This document shows, one piece after another, positions 14,050 through 25,394 of a stretch of DNA of 64,000 bases. A program made the position numbers and the translations under genes. Source of the DNA: Nageia nagi (Eukaryota; Plantae; Pinophyta); contig JBITNC010000002.1 of NCBI GenBank assembly GCA_050084985.1, forward strand, positions 21,080,001 through 21,144,000. Direction: 5' to 3'. The notes under the pieces were generated by a model that saw only the letters and a program-made list of their open reading frames with translations, did not search any database and had not been told where the DNA came from. Positions within the stretch are counted from its first letter, which is position 1, and each line of letters opens with the position of its first letter.

Positions 14050-16769
14050 CATATAAACTTATGTTTTTCCAGCCAACTCTTTTTCCTTCTCAAAGATTGA
14101 TCATGATCAAGTATAAATCTAGACCCAACTAAAGCCTTAGCATTTGCATCTTATTGTATCTTTGCAACCATCTTGATAAATATACAACCTCTATTTGGTG
14201 TTTTAGGTGCATTTTCAACCAAATATTTTAAGAAATCAATAGAGTTGATGATTTTTTGCTTTGACTATGGAGAGAATACATCTATAGTATTTTGGACATG
14301 GCTCTTTCAATGAAACTTGACACTAGGAGATGACACATTCAAATAAAACTCTAAACCACACTCCATACTATAAGGTGGCACATTCAAATCAAGCTTGAAA
14401 CTATAACACAACACATTTGAATCATGCTTGATACTAGGAGGTGACATATTCAAATCAAGCTCAAAAATACGAGATAACACATTCAAACCACACTCCATAC
14501 TACAAGGTAACACATTCAAATCAAGCTTGATGTCATGAGGCAACACATTTAGATAACAATTGACAATAGGAGGTGACACATTCACCTCACACTTGACATT
14601 AGGAGGTGACACATTATTGAAGGGCCATCTAGATCAAAGTAGTGTTGTAATCTTCATGGCATATTTACAAATATTCCCTTGTAATTCCCACATACAATCA
14701 CATGCATTAAATTAAATCCCACAAGTGGTGACATGGTATATAGTGGACTCTATAGTTTAACTCTTTACATAATAAATATTAGGAAGACATTCATGTGGGA
14801 AACAATTAGAATCAGGTATGCTGTAGGATTTTTGTAGTTCATTTTCAACATTCTTCTCTTTTTTATAGTTGTTCTAGAAACCCATAGTCTTTATGCTTAC
14901 TCTTGTTTATGTAAGCTTTATGAAATAATGGTGCGATTCAATGGTTGCATTAGTATCTTGATTTACATGTGGAAAATCATGAAATGAATTGGCCCACATG
15001 AATGCAAAGCACATGTTATACCCACGATTAGAATACCATTAACATACATGCCAAACCAAACACATATAAAAAAATTGTACCCATATAATTAGCAATCCTA
15101 ACTAATCTTTTCATGAATAACCCATGTGCAATAGAAGTAATCTATAAATGCCTTCTCCTCCTTAAATTCATTGTAGAAATCATCTAAAAGTGTACTAAAC
15201 TAATGTTCTATTATCATTTGTATACATAATTTATCCTAACTTTGAGAACATGCTTCTAGCAACATCTCAAGAGGATGCATACCTAAAAGTATTTTTTAGC
15301 CACACTCTACATACATGCCACATGCAAAGAATTTGTTCACTTTTGAATAACATCCTATCACTAACATCCAAAGATAACATAAGAAGTTAGTAATTGAAAT
15401 TTATTTAAAAACTAGAATTGCACTAAAATTTATAATTGGACTTCAAATTTTGTACTTGATAGATTCTATATTAGGGAGAGAATCATTAGTCAGGAAGGCA
15501 TTCACATGCCAATTAGGATGATACTGATTACCTCAATCATGTAATAACAAAACCATTCTTGTATTTCCTCTGTTCAATTACATTCAGGAACCACCCATGC
15601 AACTAAAATACCACTTTCTTGTTCATAAAAAAAAAGCAATGTGTATAATTGGAACTACAATTGACAACACCAAGATATTTAGAAAATAAAAATATATATA
15701 TTTCATATACCATATATAAAGTAAGAAGAGCATATGAGACATAACATACTGAGTACCAGCTGGTATTAAATGTTGCATCCATTACAATAATTCTATTATG
15801 TGATAATGTCACCATCTTCTCCAATATCCATGGAGTTTGAATGTAAAAAACAAAGCTATGTCCACCCTTCTCGCTTAGATAATAAATAAAACATTTATCC
15901 TTCTCCTCTTTGTACCATAAGTCAACACGTTTTCTATCATCTTCATATTTTTGTACATTTATTTTTTGAAGTCTTTTGCATATGTTAATGACATCTCTCT
16001 TCGTTATAAAATTATCTACCATTGTTGGAAATTCACCAAACAACTGATTCAATCACTAGCCATCACAAAGTTTATCAATAGACACACCTATAATCAATAA
16101 TTCCTCAATCAAAGACACTATCTAACATGATAAATGTGGTGCAACCTGCTTCCCAATTTTTGCTGATACATCATGGACACCATGGCAAGGATGTCCATTC
16201 AAATACACATGTTTAAAAGAATTATAGACAATGAAAGCAACATTCGGATTCCATTCATAAACCTTTAACAAAAAATGATACTGACATCCTCTCTTTTGGA
16301 TGAAATATCTATTCTTTTTACGAGGTGGGTCATCTTGACAATCTTTATACCCAAATGATCTCCAATAAGTACAAATTCATAATATTAGATTAATATAGGT
16401 ATTACATTGAATACAATTAAAAACTAAAAATTACACAACCAAACTAAAGGTTACAATAGAAAAACATACTTACGTGGAACATGTTCATATTCCAAATACT
16501 TTTGGTGGATAATTAACAAAGTTTTCCTCAAATACATTTTTCACTTCATGCTTACACACAAAATTTCATTGGGCTTCAAGAACATTGTCTTCACCACTCT
16601 TGGAATCTTCCACTCTATCAACATGTATCACTACCACCAAATCTATCTTACTACCACTTGTGTAATGAACATTGCTCCATGATAGTTCAACTTGAGAAAA
16701 TAACATTTTGTTATTCATTTGTTGGATAGGTAGGTTGAATAACTTCTTTCATTTCTTATCTTTCACCAT
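14050..16769 (-). pseudogene. Decayed multi-exon MULE transposase with SWIM zinc finger, At4g13970/At1g60560-like
   Basis: ATG at 16769: KKLFNLPIQ..ELSWSNV..IHVDRVED; YWRSFG; KRGCQYHF; HPCHG; IVMDATFNT (ORF 15603-16052, first catalytic D); SWIM CDCMWELQGNICKY at ~14650-14710; GT donor at 16473; many stops; 3' limit approximate. Confidence 0.8.
14305..14615. repeat. 33-bp minisatellite (~9 units; 11-aa repeat LNVSPPSIKLD on the minus strand) just downstream of SWIM
   Basis: Recurring aggaggtgacacattcaaatcaagcttga; ORF 14307-14612. Confidence 0.85.
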
Positions 16770-17499
16770 TATAGCAAATTGCCACTATGAAAAGGATAAA
16801 CTTTTAATTAGAATGATATAAAATATGAGCCACTTATGAAATTTTTTATTGCAATTATGTTAAGAACATGTAAGGGTATTGACACTAAAGATCCCAATCA
16901 GCCTCAACACATAAGCTATCATATCCTTTGACCATAGTACAATCATTGGCAACAAAAATTCAATATCAGATGCAAGTGCTAATTAAGATTGATCACCTCC
17001 ATGAGGTATGTTTCTACTAATAAAAGAGCAAAAGGATCGTGGGGCAAGTAGGATTTTTGGTTGCACATAAGCAACAAAAAATAATTTACTAATTACTCTT
17101 TCTTTAGAGTTGATTAGGAAAAGGAGAAGGTACTTGCACTCCTATACATTCATTGATGGATTCAATGATTTTTAGTCAAAAGAATAGGATTTGAAGTACT
17201 AAGATACAAAGACATACCTTTCTACAAATATTCGTAATGAAAAAATACAATTTAGAAAAGATAAGACCTTCTAGACCAAAAAATTACCTTTAAAGCTTCG
17301 AAATCATAAATGTCACATTCAACCTCCTTCCCCTGCTCCAAATGAAATAACAAATGAGAAATTGAACCACCATGACTCGATTTTTCTCATTCTTGCCTAC
17401 CAAATCCTTGAGGTGGTGCATTAAATGAAGAATGTAGAGATTCCTACCCATACATGCACAAATAATAGCAAGGGGGTTCTAGCTTTTTAATTTTTTTAG

Positions 17500-17945
17500 A
17501 AATTTTGTTAATATAATTGCATGGCAATTTGGTACAATCACTTTGCTATTGTTACCACCTAATTTAAAAAAAATTGAGTGTATAATTGCAAGATAGTTTG
17601 GTATAATTTCTTTGCTTTTATCCACACCTAATCAAAAAACTTAAAGGTATAATCACAAGGTGGTTTGGTATAATCAATTTGCGATTACCCTCAATAAATT
17701 TAAAACTTTATGGGTATAATCGCTAGGTGGATTGGTATAATCACTTTGTAGTTATACTTGATATATTTAAAATATCGAGGGTATAATCATAAGGTGGTTT
17801 GGTATAATCACTTTACAGTTATATCCAACATAATGGAAAAAAGTCATGGTATAATCATCATGCAAATATACCTAAGTAAAATTAAAAAATATGGTATAAT
17901 CGCAAGGTAGTTTGGTATAATTGTCATGCGGTTATACCACATGAA
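17500..17945. repeat. MULE subterminal array, ~60-bp units built on GGTATAATC motifs
   Basis: ggtataatcnnaaggtggtttggtataatcactttg repeated ~7 times; inverted copies at 13220-13305; also at 30750-31160. Confidence 0.85.
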
Positions 17946-19681
17946 AAAAAAAAAGAATCACCTTGAGATTCTCCTTTGTTAGAAAATTGGCTTTTTCTAA
18001 CTTCTGACATGTACTACATCTGTCAGAAAGGATATGCATGGGGTGGGGGTGGCATTATGAAGGCAAGATATGTTTCACCCACTCATGGCCTGCTCTAACC
18101 ATACATTTTCTCTAGAGTCTCCATTCGGTATCCAAAATGATATCTGCTCCCATAGAGGTCCCATCTCACCACATTAATCACCCATATCAAGGAAATTGTA
18201 AGAGAGGTCAAGAAAAAGGGAAAATCCTAACTACCATAAACGTTATCATCACTTGGTCAGAATCGATCCAATGATCTACTAGAAAATAAAAAACACTTTA
18301 CCAACACAATACATCAAATAATATAATTAAAAATGAAATAAAATCAAGCAAATTAAGTCAAATACAACTTATTCGAATGTTAACTCAAGCGGGAAAAAAA
18401 TGCAAAATTTTTTATCTAAAACCAATGTAAATCCATTAAAAGTAAAAAATAATGTATTCTATTACATACAAGATGAGAATAAATACATTAAAAAGTATTA
18501 ATGGAACTTCTTTCAAGGGAGTGCCCATACATCAAATATATGATCAATATTATTTTGTTAAATTTACTCATACAAACTTTATATTAATTTCTAACATAAA
18601 GCAATAAATCTACTAGTTTGTATTATACGGAGTATATTTCTAAGGAACCAAGCACATCATTGATTTTATTTTCTCCTCAAATGTATGTAAAAGTTTACAA
18701 TATAAACCTAAAGATTTCTATTTCTATCAAAACTTTACATAAATTATGTTGTAAATGTTAAAGGGGCTCTAAAATAGCCATATGAAATTTTGTAATAGTC
18801 TACTACAATTGTCCGTCCCATAGTGAACATTACTATAATTTATGTTTTTACCTTTTATTTAGTTATTACAAGGTTCATTTTACATCAAATAACATCTACT
18901 AACACATTTGTTAAGACATGTAAAAGATTATTTAAACTAGCTTGACACATTAGCTTGATGACACTATTTCTAGAAAAAATATTAATAATAATATAAGAAA
19001 TGTATCATGTTCTTTAATTTAACTAACATATTTTTTGAAATATATTAAAAATTATTTGATCTAACTTAATACTTTAATTTGAGGCCATTTGATATGAGAA
19101 GAAAATGTTTGATGATTTTAGATATACAATATTATTTAACTTGCAACTCCTAAAATTTAACACCATATAACAACATATATCCATTCATACCATTGATGAT
19201 ATTACTTTTTACTTAAAGGTGCTTAACTATTATCTTATGATTTTATTTTTTTCACTCTCTTTAAAAAAAGTTGACACTAAATACAATTTTATAAATCATA
19301 GCACACAAAAGATACATTGAAATTTATGATAATCGAAATCTGAATTTATAAAAATAAATACAAAATATAAATATTTTTATATTTCCATAGTATTTTTAAA
19401 AATCATCATCATGTTTTTATGTTTTCAATATAGATTTTAACGATCCTCAACAAAAATGTACTTATTTAATTATTTCTATTTCTATCTGATATTATACTAT
19501 ACTAATATCATTCATAATATATTATTTGAATTTAGGGAGAGCTGAAGATTTAAGAAAGAAATTGAGAAAAGTATAAAGATTTAGATTTTAAAAATAGCTA
19601 AAATGTTTCTTGTACTATTTCATATATGACAAAACAAGATCTCTAGTAACTGAGAAGATATGAGCATAATATTAAGGGGAT

Positions 19682-20870
19682 TTAGACTTTATGCCTAGAT
19701 GAAAATGTATTGCATCTGTAACAACTATCCGTGAGATCAATTTCATGGATCTGCAAGCCAACGTCATATAGGCCTCCCTTTTCCCAAACAGAAGGCAAAA
19801 CAACCCAGTTTGCCCACAATGTAGCTCCATCGTAGCCGGATGTTACTAGAAAACGAAACATAAGGTCACCCTTAGGAGGGTTGCTGATATCCCATATTGA
19901 ACCATGGTTGCGGGATACTTCCTTCCAATTGTACTCACCAACCTGCAAATAAACAAAGCAACGTCCAATTTATCTCCTTGGCTTGAAGCAGATCGTCATT
20001 AAACAACAAAATAGGAGGAAGCACACATCATAGAAGGAATCATACTTACTGTAGCAATCTCGACAGAAACAATCTCCGTTTGACCTCCTTCATATAAAAA
20101 TTGCATAGCTAGATAGTCAGGGTACCTGCTGCTTTCAACTACCTTGACAGTAAGGTTACGGTCCTGGTATTCACAAGATATCCTGTTCAAACAAACTTTT
20201 AGAACTTGAAATGGAGTAAAGATGAGGTTGAAAAGAATTGTTCACTTAAGGTAAATCAAACCTTTTATAATGGATATCCACCAGGCCTGCCTTGAGGAGC
20301 TCACGAGCCATGTGGGGCTTGGCCAAACTTGAGAATGTTGTCATGGGTACAACAAAATCTGTGATATTGCTTTTAATCATGTCTGTAACAACTATTTTGG
20401 CACCTCTCCTTTTGCACAATCTTGGATCCATGCATGTAATCTGGAAGAAAGTATACAAGTATAGCTATACCGGTAAGTATATGGTCGTTCTATAAATTTC
20501 AAGTCAAGTGTAACCACGAGTTGTGGTCCGTACCTTATAGCACGCTCCACATCTTCTCCCTTCTTTGTAAATAGAAGGGCTTCCTGCTGCAACGTTACCA
20601 CCATTCAATGTTGCTGCAAAATCTCCATAGCCGCAACCGCCCGCTACAAACAATTTACGTTTATAAGCTTGACTTCTTATAATTAAGGCAAAAGAGAAAT
20701 ATAATTATACCTTTTATAATCTGGTGATGGGTGAAGTATGCAATCTTTGACACACCATAATCACAGCATACGTCTGCCTGCACTTTAGTTGCAGCTACAA
20801 ATACAGCAATCGTCATGATATACGCTACAAACTCAAGAGAAGAGTTGAACACAGATGCTGTTATAGCCAT
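19682..20870 (-). CDS. EXLA: Expansin-like A protein, 280 aa, 5 exons (20870-20711, 20643-20534, 20440-20262, 20182-20050, 19942-19682)
   Basis: All four introns GT-AG (67, 93, 79, 107 nt); 843-nt spliced ORF without stops; hydrophobic N-terminus; [51 protein letters not shown] and C-terminal CxxC extension typical of EXLA; no HFD motif. Confidence 0.93.
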
Positions 20871-20945
20871 GGCCTTGTCTTTTTCTTCTCTGCTCCACCA
20901 GCAATAGCAAGAAAACAACTGAGCAAAATGAAGGAGATGAGAACG

Positions 20946-20952
20946 TTTTATA
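20946..20952 (-). promoter_or_regulatory. TATA box (TATAAAA) of EXLA copy 1
   Basis: 76 nt upstream of the ATG, which has the context aaggccATGGct; conserved in copy 2. Confidence 0.65.
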
Positions 20953-21154
20953 GCTTGGAAGCTCATTAAATATCATTGAATCACCTAAAGCCGTTCACCA
21001 ATCATAGTTGGGAAGAACCTTTAAATGGATATGGAACTTTACCTTCGGAAGATAGGAATTAGCCCATTGGAGGACTTGTTTTGGCTTTGTAACACAACTA
21101 TGTTAGAAGTGTCGCATATATTCCAAAGAATTGGATGAGATTGATGACTTGACA

Positions 21155-22340
21155 TTCCAACTCCTACATATTGATTAGAGGCTGCAATTCGACATCATTA
21201 AATGGAGTCTCATTTATGGATGAACACATCCTCGGCCTCTTGCAGTATGAGAATTCAACAGTTATGTGAACTTGGGCTAGAACAGGATATACTGATACAG
21301 TTTATTACTTATATATGATCCTAGGAAATCGGAGAAGTTAAAATATGAGATTTTCATTTATATTTACATTTGCATTTAGGGTATAATATTTAAAGTTCTT
21401 TTTAATGAAGAAATAATTTATATTAAATAAAAAATAAATTTAAAAAAAGAAGTTGTGAGTGGTAGAATTCACATTTTTAGGCAGGTTTAATTAATTTTAT
21501 TTGTTCATTAAGAATACAATGAAAAAAAAATAAAGAAAGAAGTATCTTCAAATACGGTTATCAGTTAAAAAGTACAAACATTAAAATTTTCCAACAAGCA
21601 TCCTCAACTAACGACCATTATCTTCTCCCATGGAATAATATTTAAAGTTGTGTAATAAATATTTTATATGTATTAAAGAATATCAGTTAAAAGTGTAAAC
21701 ATTTAAAATGTAGCTATGGTTAATTCTTATTGATCAATTAATTAAGTTAATATATATATATTTCAATAATTTTATAATTTTAATTAATATTGTTTTATTG
21801 AAAGAAGATTTATAAGTTATATTTTTAATACAAAAATATTATAATTTTTTTTTTTTTAAGATAAAATATGTGAAAAAATGATTAATAATTTATACAAATA
21901 AGTTGTAACTATTGTTTATTCATATCACCTTATTGTTCTTGTTAAGATATCTTGTTTAATATCTAATTTATTTATGCAAACTTCCAACTCCTACATATTC
22001 ATTAGAGTTAGCAATTTGACATCATTCAATGGAGTCTCATCTATTTATGAACACTTCCTTCCCCACTTGTATTATGAGAATTTGATCATTATGTAAACTT
22101 GGGCTAGAACATATACTGATATAGTTTATTGAGTTATATATTGTCTTAGGAATTTGGAAAAGCTTAAATATGAGTTTTTCATTTTCATTTATATTTATAT
22201 TTAGGGTACCAAATTTATAGTTTTATAATAAATATTTTTATTTTATATGCATTTAAGAATATTGCTTAAGAGTGTAGACATTTAAAATGTTGCTTTGGTT
22301 AGTTCTTGTTGCTTAATAAATTAATTAACTAAATATTTCA
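21155..22340. repeat. Old ~0.83-kb tandem duplication in the EXLA upstream region (21155-~21900 vs 21982-22340; also 36435-37735)
   Basis: ttccaactcctacatatt...aacttgggctagaaca...ttagggt occurs twice in each gene copy. Confidence 0.85.
21398..21634 (-). mobile_element. 237-bp insertion with a 15-bp TSD, probable 5'-truncated LINE/retroposed fragment
   Basis: ataatatttaaagtt at both 21383-21397 and 21635-21649; the empty site is visible in the second promoter repeat (~22205-22236); LINE identity and strand are inferred. Confidence 0.6.
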
Positions 22341-22381
22341 TAGCACACCTTTACTTAAATATTTCATAGCAAAGTGTAGAC

Positions 22382-23650
22382 ATTTACATTTTATTTCTTT
22401 TCATAGCACACCTCATTTGGAGTTATTCCATCTAATTTAGTAGTAGGACTTCTATTCAAAATATAGACTATTATCCTAACTACATCAACCCAATACATAT
22501 TTGTAAATTATTTTATTTGAAGCATTCTTCTAGCCATTTCAAAAATGATTTATTCTTGCACTCAACAATACAAATTTTTTATGTATTATAAGAAACCATG
22601 AGTTTCCTTTTGATTCTACTATCTTTATAATATTGAACAAATTCATTTAAGAAATATTCTCCTCCTCTACTAGTCCTTAAGCATTTAACATAGTATTGAG
22701 TTTGATTCTATACATGATTTTTAAACTTATTAAAATATTCATTTTAAGCTTTATCTTTGATCTTCAAAATGTAGATCAAACATATTCATGACAAATAATC
22801 TATAAAAGTAAGAAAGTAGGAATTCTTACCCAACTTTCTATTGGCATTACCCTTCATATGTCCACATGCACTCATTGTAGTGAAAAGGAGGCTCTCCATG
22901 GTTTTCCTATTAGAATTTAACTTATTCTTGAGTTGTTGCCCAAAGCTTAACCTTCAAAAACTCTTTTGTGATCTTCAACCTTTGGTATTCCTTATACAAT
23001 GACTTTAAATGGTGAAAATTTCAAAATTATGAAGTTTGAATGATCATATCTAAGGTGACCCAACCTAGAACTTTTATTTTATATGGAAATATTTGTAATA
23101 TAAGACACTTATCCACCAAATTGTAATGTATATTGTATATTATTTATCAGAAGGACTATTGTGGCCAACTTATCACCATTAGTTTTGTTCAATATTACAC
23201 ACTTTCCATATAGAAAAGTAGGCTTATATATAATTCTTAGCATTTATTTAACCAGCACTCAAAAAATTATGTTTCAAATTTGGAGTTTTGTAAATATCAT
23301 ATATTTTCTTTTTAATTTTATTTTTGGACACCTCCATAACTCCAATACCTTCAACATCCAATGCCTTGTCAAATTCAACCTTAGTCTTAGACTTAAAATT
23401 GTAAGTGTTATTCATGTTAGTAAACAACTCCCTTTTGCTAGTCTTGTGGTTGGAGAAGCTTGTTTGAAGTATCAATGTCTCTTGCAAATTTTGATCAAAC
23501 ATTGCAAATTTAAAAATGAGTTTAAATATTCTTCCTCTTTTTCATAATGTGCACTACTTCTCCCTTCTTGAGAAGCTTTCTACCTACATTCCCTCTCATA
23601 GTGAACAAATGTGTTACAATAGTAACATTATTATTTTTGTTTGCCACCTT
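22382..23650 (-). mobile_element. Third, more diverged copy of the copia integrase-to-knuckle segment (homologous to 8261-9525)
   Basis: Colinear with 8261-9525; ORF 23248-23502 FDKALDVEGIG...TPNLKHNFLSAG. Confidence 0.9.
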
Positions 23651-25394
23651 GAAAATGTCTAAAGCAATTGACAAGCCTTAAAGGTAAGATCAATTCCATA
23701 AGAAAATTCATTTAAAAACATAAAGATAAGTATTTTTCATTTACTAATTTGTTAAAAAATGATGTAATATTTGTGAGGGATGGAAAATAGCAAAAAGTAT
23801 TTGAGGACATCAAATAGTATTTGCTTAATCCACCCATACTAGTGCCTATGGATTTAAGTAAAGGTACTTATCTCTACATTTCATCCAAAATATTTTCCTT
23901 GGGTGAAATGTTATGTTAGGAATATGATAAAAAGGAGGAAAGGGAAATCAACTATCTTAGTAAGAATCTTATAGACTATGAAACAAGGTACACTCCCATA
24001 GATAAAATTGATTTGGCATAATTTTTACAACTAAACATTTTAGATATTATCTTTTATATTGCACTACATATGTTGTTAGCCCAGTTAATCCATTGAAATA
24101 TCTTATAGAAAGGTAACATTTATTAAGGAAAGTGGCTTAATTGCTAATTTTATTACAAGAATTTGATATCAATATGGCAAAATAGAAGTCTATTAAGGAT
24201 CATGCAATAAGATATTTGATACCAAAGTTAACCTAAAATGGCATAATTGTTATCCATGGGGAGTTTCCAAATGATTATAATTAATACATCATGTGGGAGT
24301 GTGGCTACACTATTATGATGATCAGTGGGATATTCCAAATGAGTTTATTTACTATATGAAAGATAAACGTAAGGCTTGGACATTGTATTTTTTTATTCAA
24401 AGTGTACATATAGGGCAAGGGAAGATATTAGAGTGGTATCACCTTCTAATTCTATCATTCATATGGTATATAAACTTACATTTAAGTGCACTAATAATAT
24501 GATAGAATATAAGGCTTTGATTCTAGGTTTGAAAGCAACTATTTTGTTAAAAATGGAGGATTTAGAAATATATGGTGATTCAAAACTTATCATTAATCAA
24601 GTAAATATTATATATAACATAAAGGATGAAAAATTGCATCCTTATAAGATAGTAGTTTCTAAGATCCTTCATTAATTTGAGAGGTACACTATGTCTACAA
24701 TACCTAAACTAAAGAATACATATGCAGCTACAATAGAAAGTACAACTTCCTTAGCTCCAATTGAAATAGCAGATGAGCATACAATTTTAAAGATAAAGCA
24801 TTCAGCTCATTCTTCTTATATGGATAATGATAGTGACATAGAGGTATGTTGTGTTTCACAAGATGAAATGGATACACCATGGTATAATGATATTTATAAA
24901 TATTTGAAAGATCAGTTAACTCCATCAAATTATGATAGGAATGAGAGGATTATATTATAAAGAACAAGTCTTAAATATATTACAATTGTATAAGTACTAG
25001 CTAGACGATCATTTTATGGGGCCTTGTTAAGGTGTCTTACTCAAGATGAAATAACAATAACACTTGAACAAGCACATAAGGGCTTATGCGAGATGCATTT
25101 CTTTGTAAAGAATTTATACACTAAGCTTTTACTTATTTGATACTATTGGCCAATAATGGAAGAAGATTGTAATGATCATGTTAGAACATGTATTTAATAT
25201 AAAAATATTATAATCTAAAAAAAACAACCAACAGAAGTGATAAATTTAGTTATTTTAGCATGGCCTTTTGTAACTTGAGGCATTGACATAATTGGTTTGA
25301 TTAATCATCATTCAAGAGATAGAAACAAATTCATTATCAAAACTACAAAATTTACCACTAAATAGGTAGAGGCAGCACCAATAATAATCCATGC
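23651..25394 (+). mobile_element. Ty3/gypsy Tat/Ogre pol fragment (RT end, RNase H, additional archaeal-type RNase H, integrase N-terminus)
   Basis: CTNNMIEYKALILGL...YGDSKLIINQV (second RNase H), PWYNDIYKYL, YYWPIMEEDC, WPFVT*GIDIIG, TK*VEA. Confidence 0.88.

Larger units (their letters stand above)
13067..18079 (-). mobile_element. Mutator-like (MULE) element with ~220-240 bp TIRs
   Basis: tgaagcatatcttgccttcataatgcc...gatgtagtacatgttagaagtt (13069 onward) is the reverse complement of ~17860-18077; degenerate candidate TSD cacttgttgt (13057-13066) / cactcatggc (18080-18089); internal MULE-domain and SWIM gene. Confidence 0.85.
7597..22340. repeat. Segmental duplication, copy 1 (paired with 25395-37578)
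   Basis: Colinear high identity from tagaaccaatgc (7597/25395) to aaatatttca (22340/37578), with large indels. Confidence 0.95.

Noticed and set aside
17500-17945. CRISPR-like repeat/spacer appearance
   Set aside because: Eukaryotic context, degenerate repeats, no cas genes; explained as MULE subterminal repeats
20871-20966. 32-aa N-terminal extension of EXLA from the upstream in-frame ATG
   Set aside because: The ATG lies upstream of the TATA box, so it is unlikely to be transcribed; ATG 20870 has the better context
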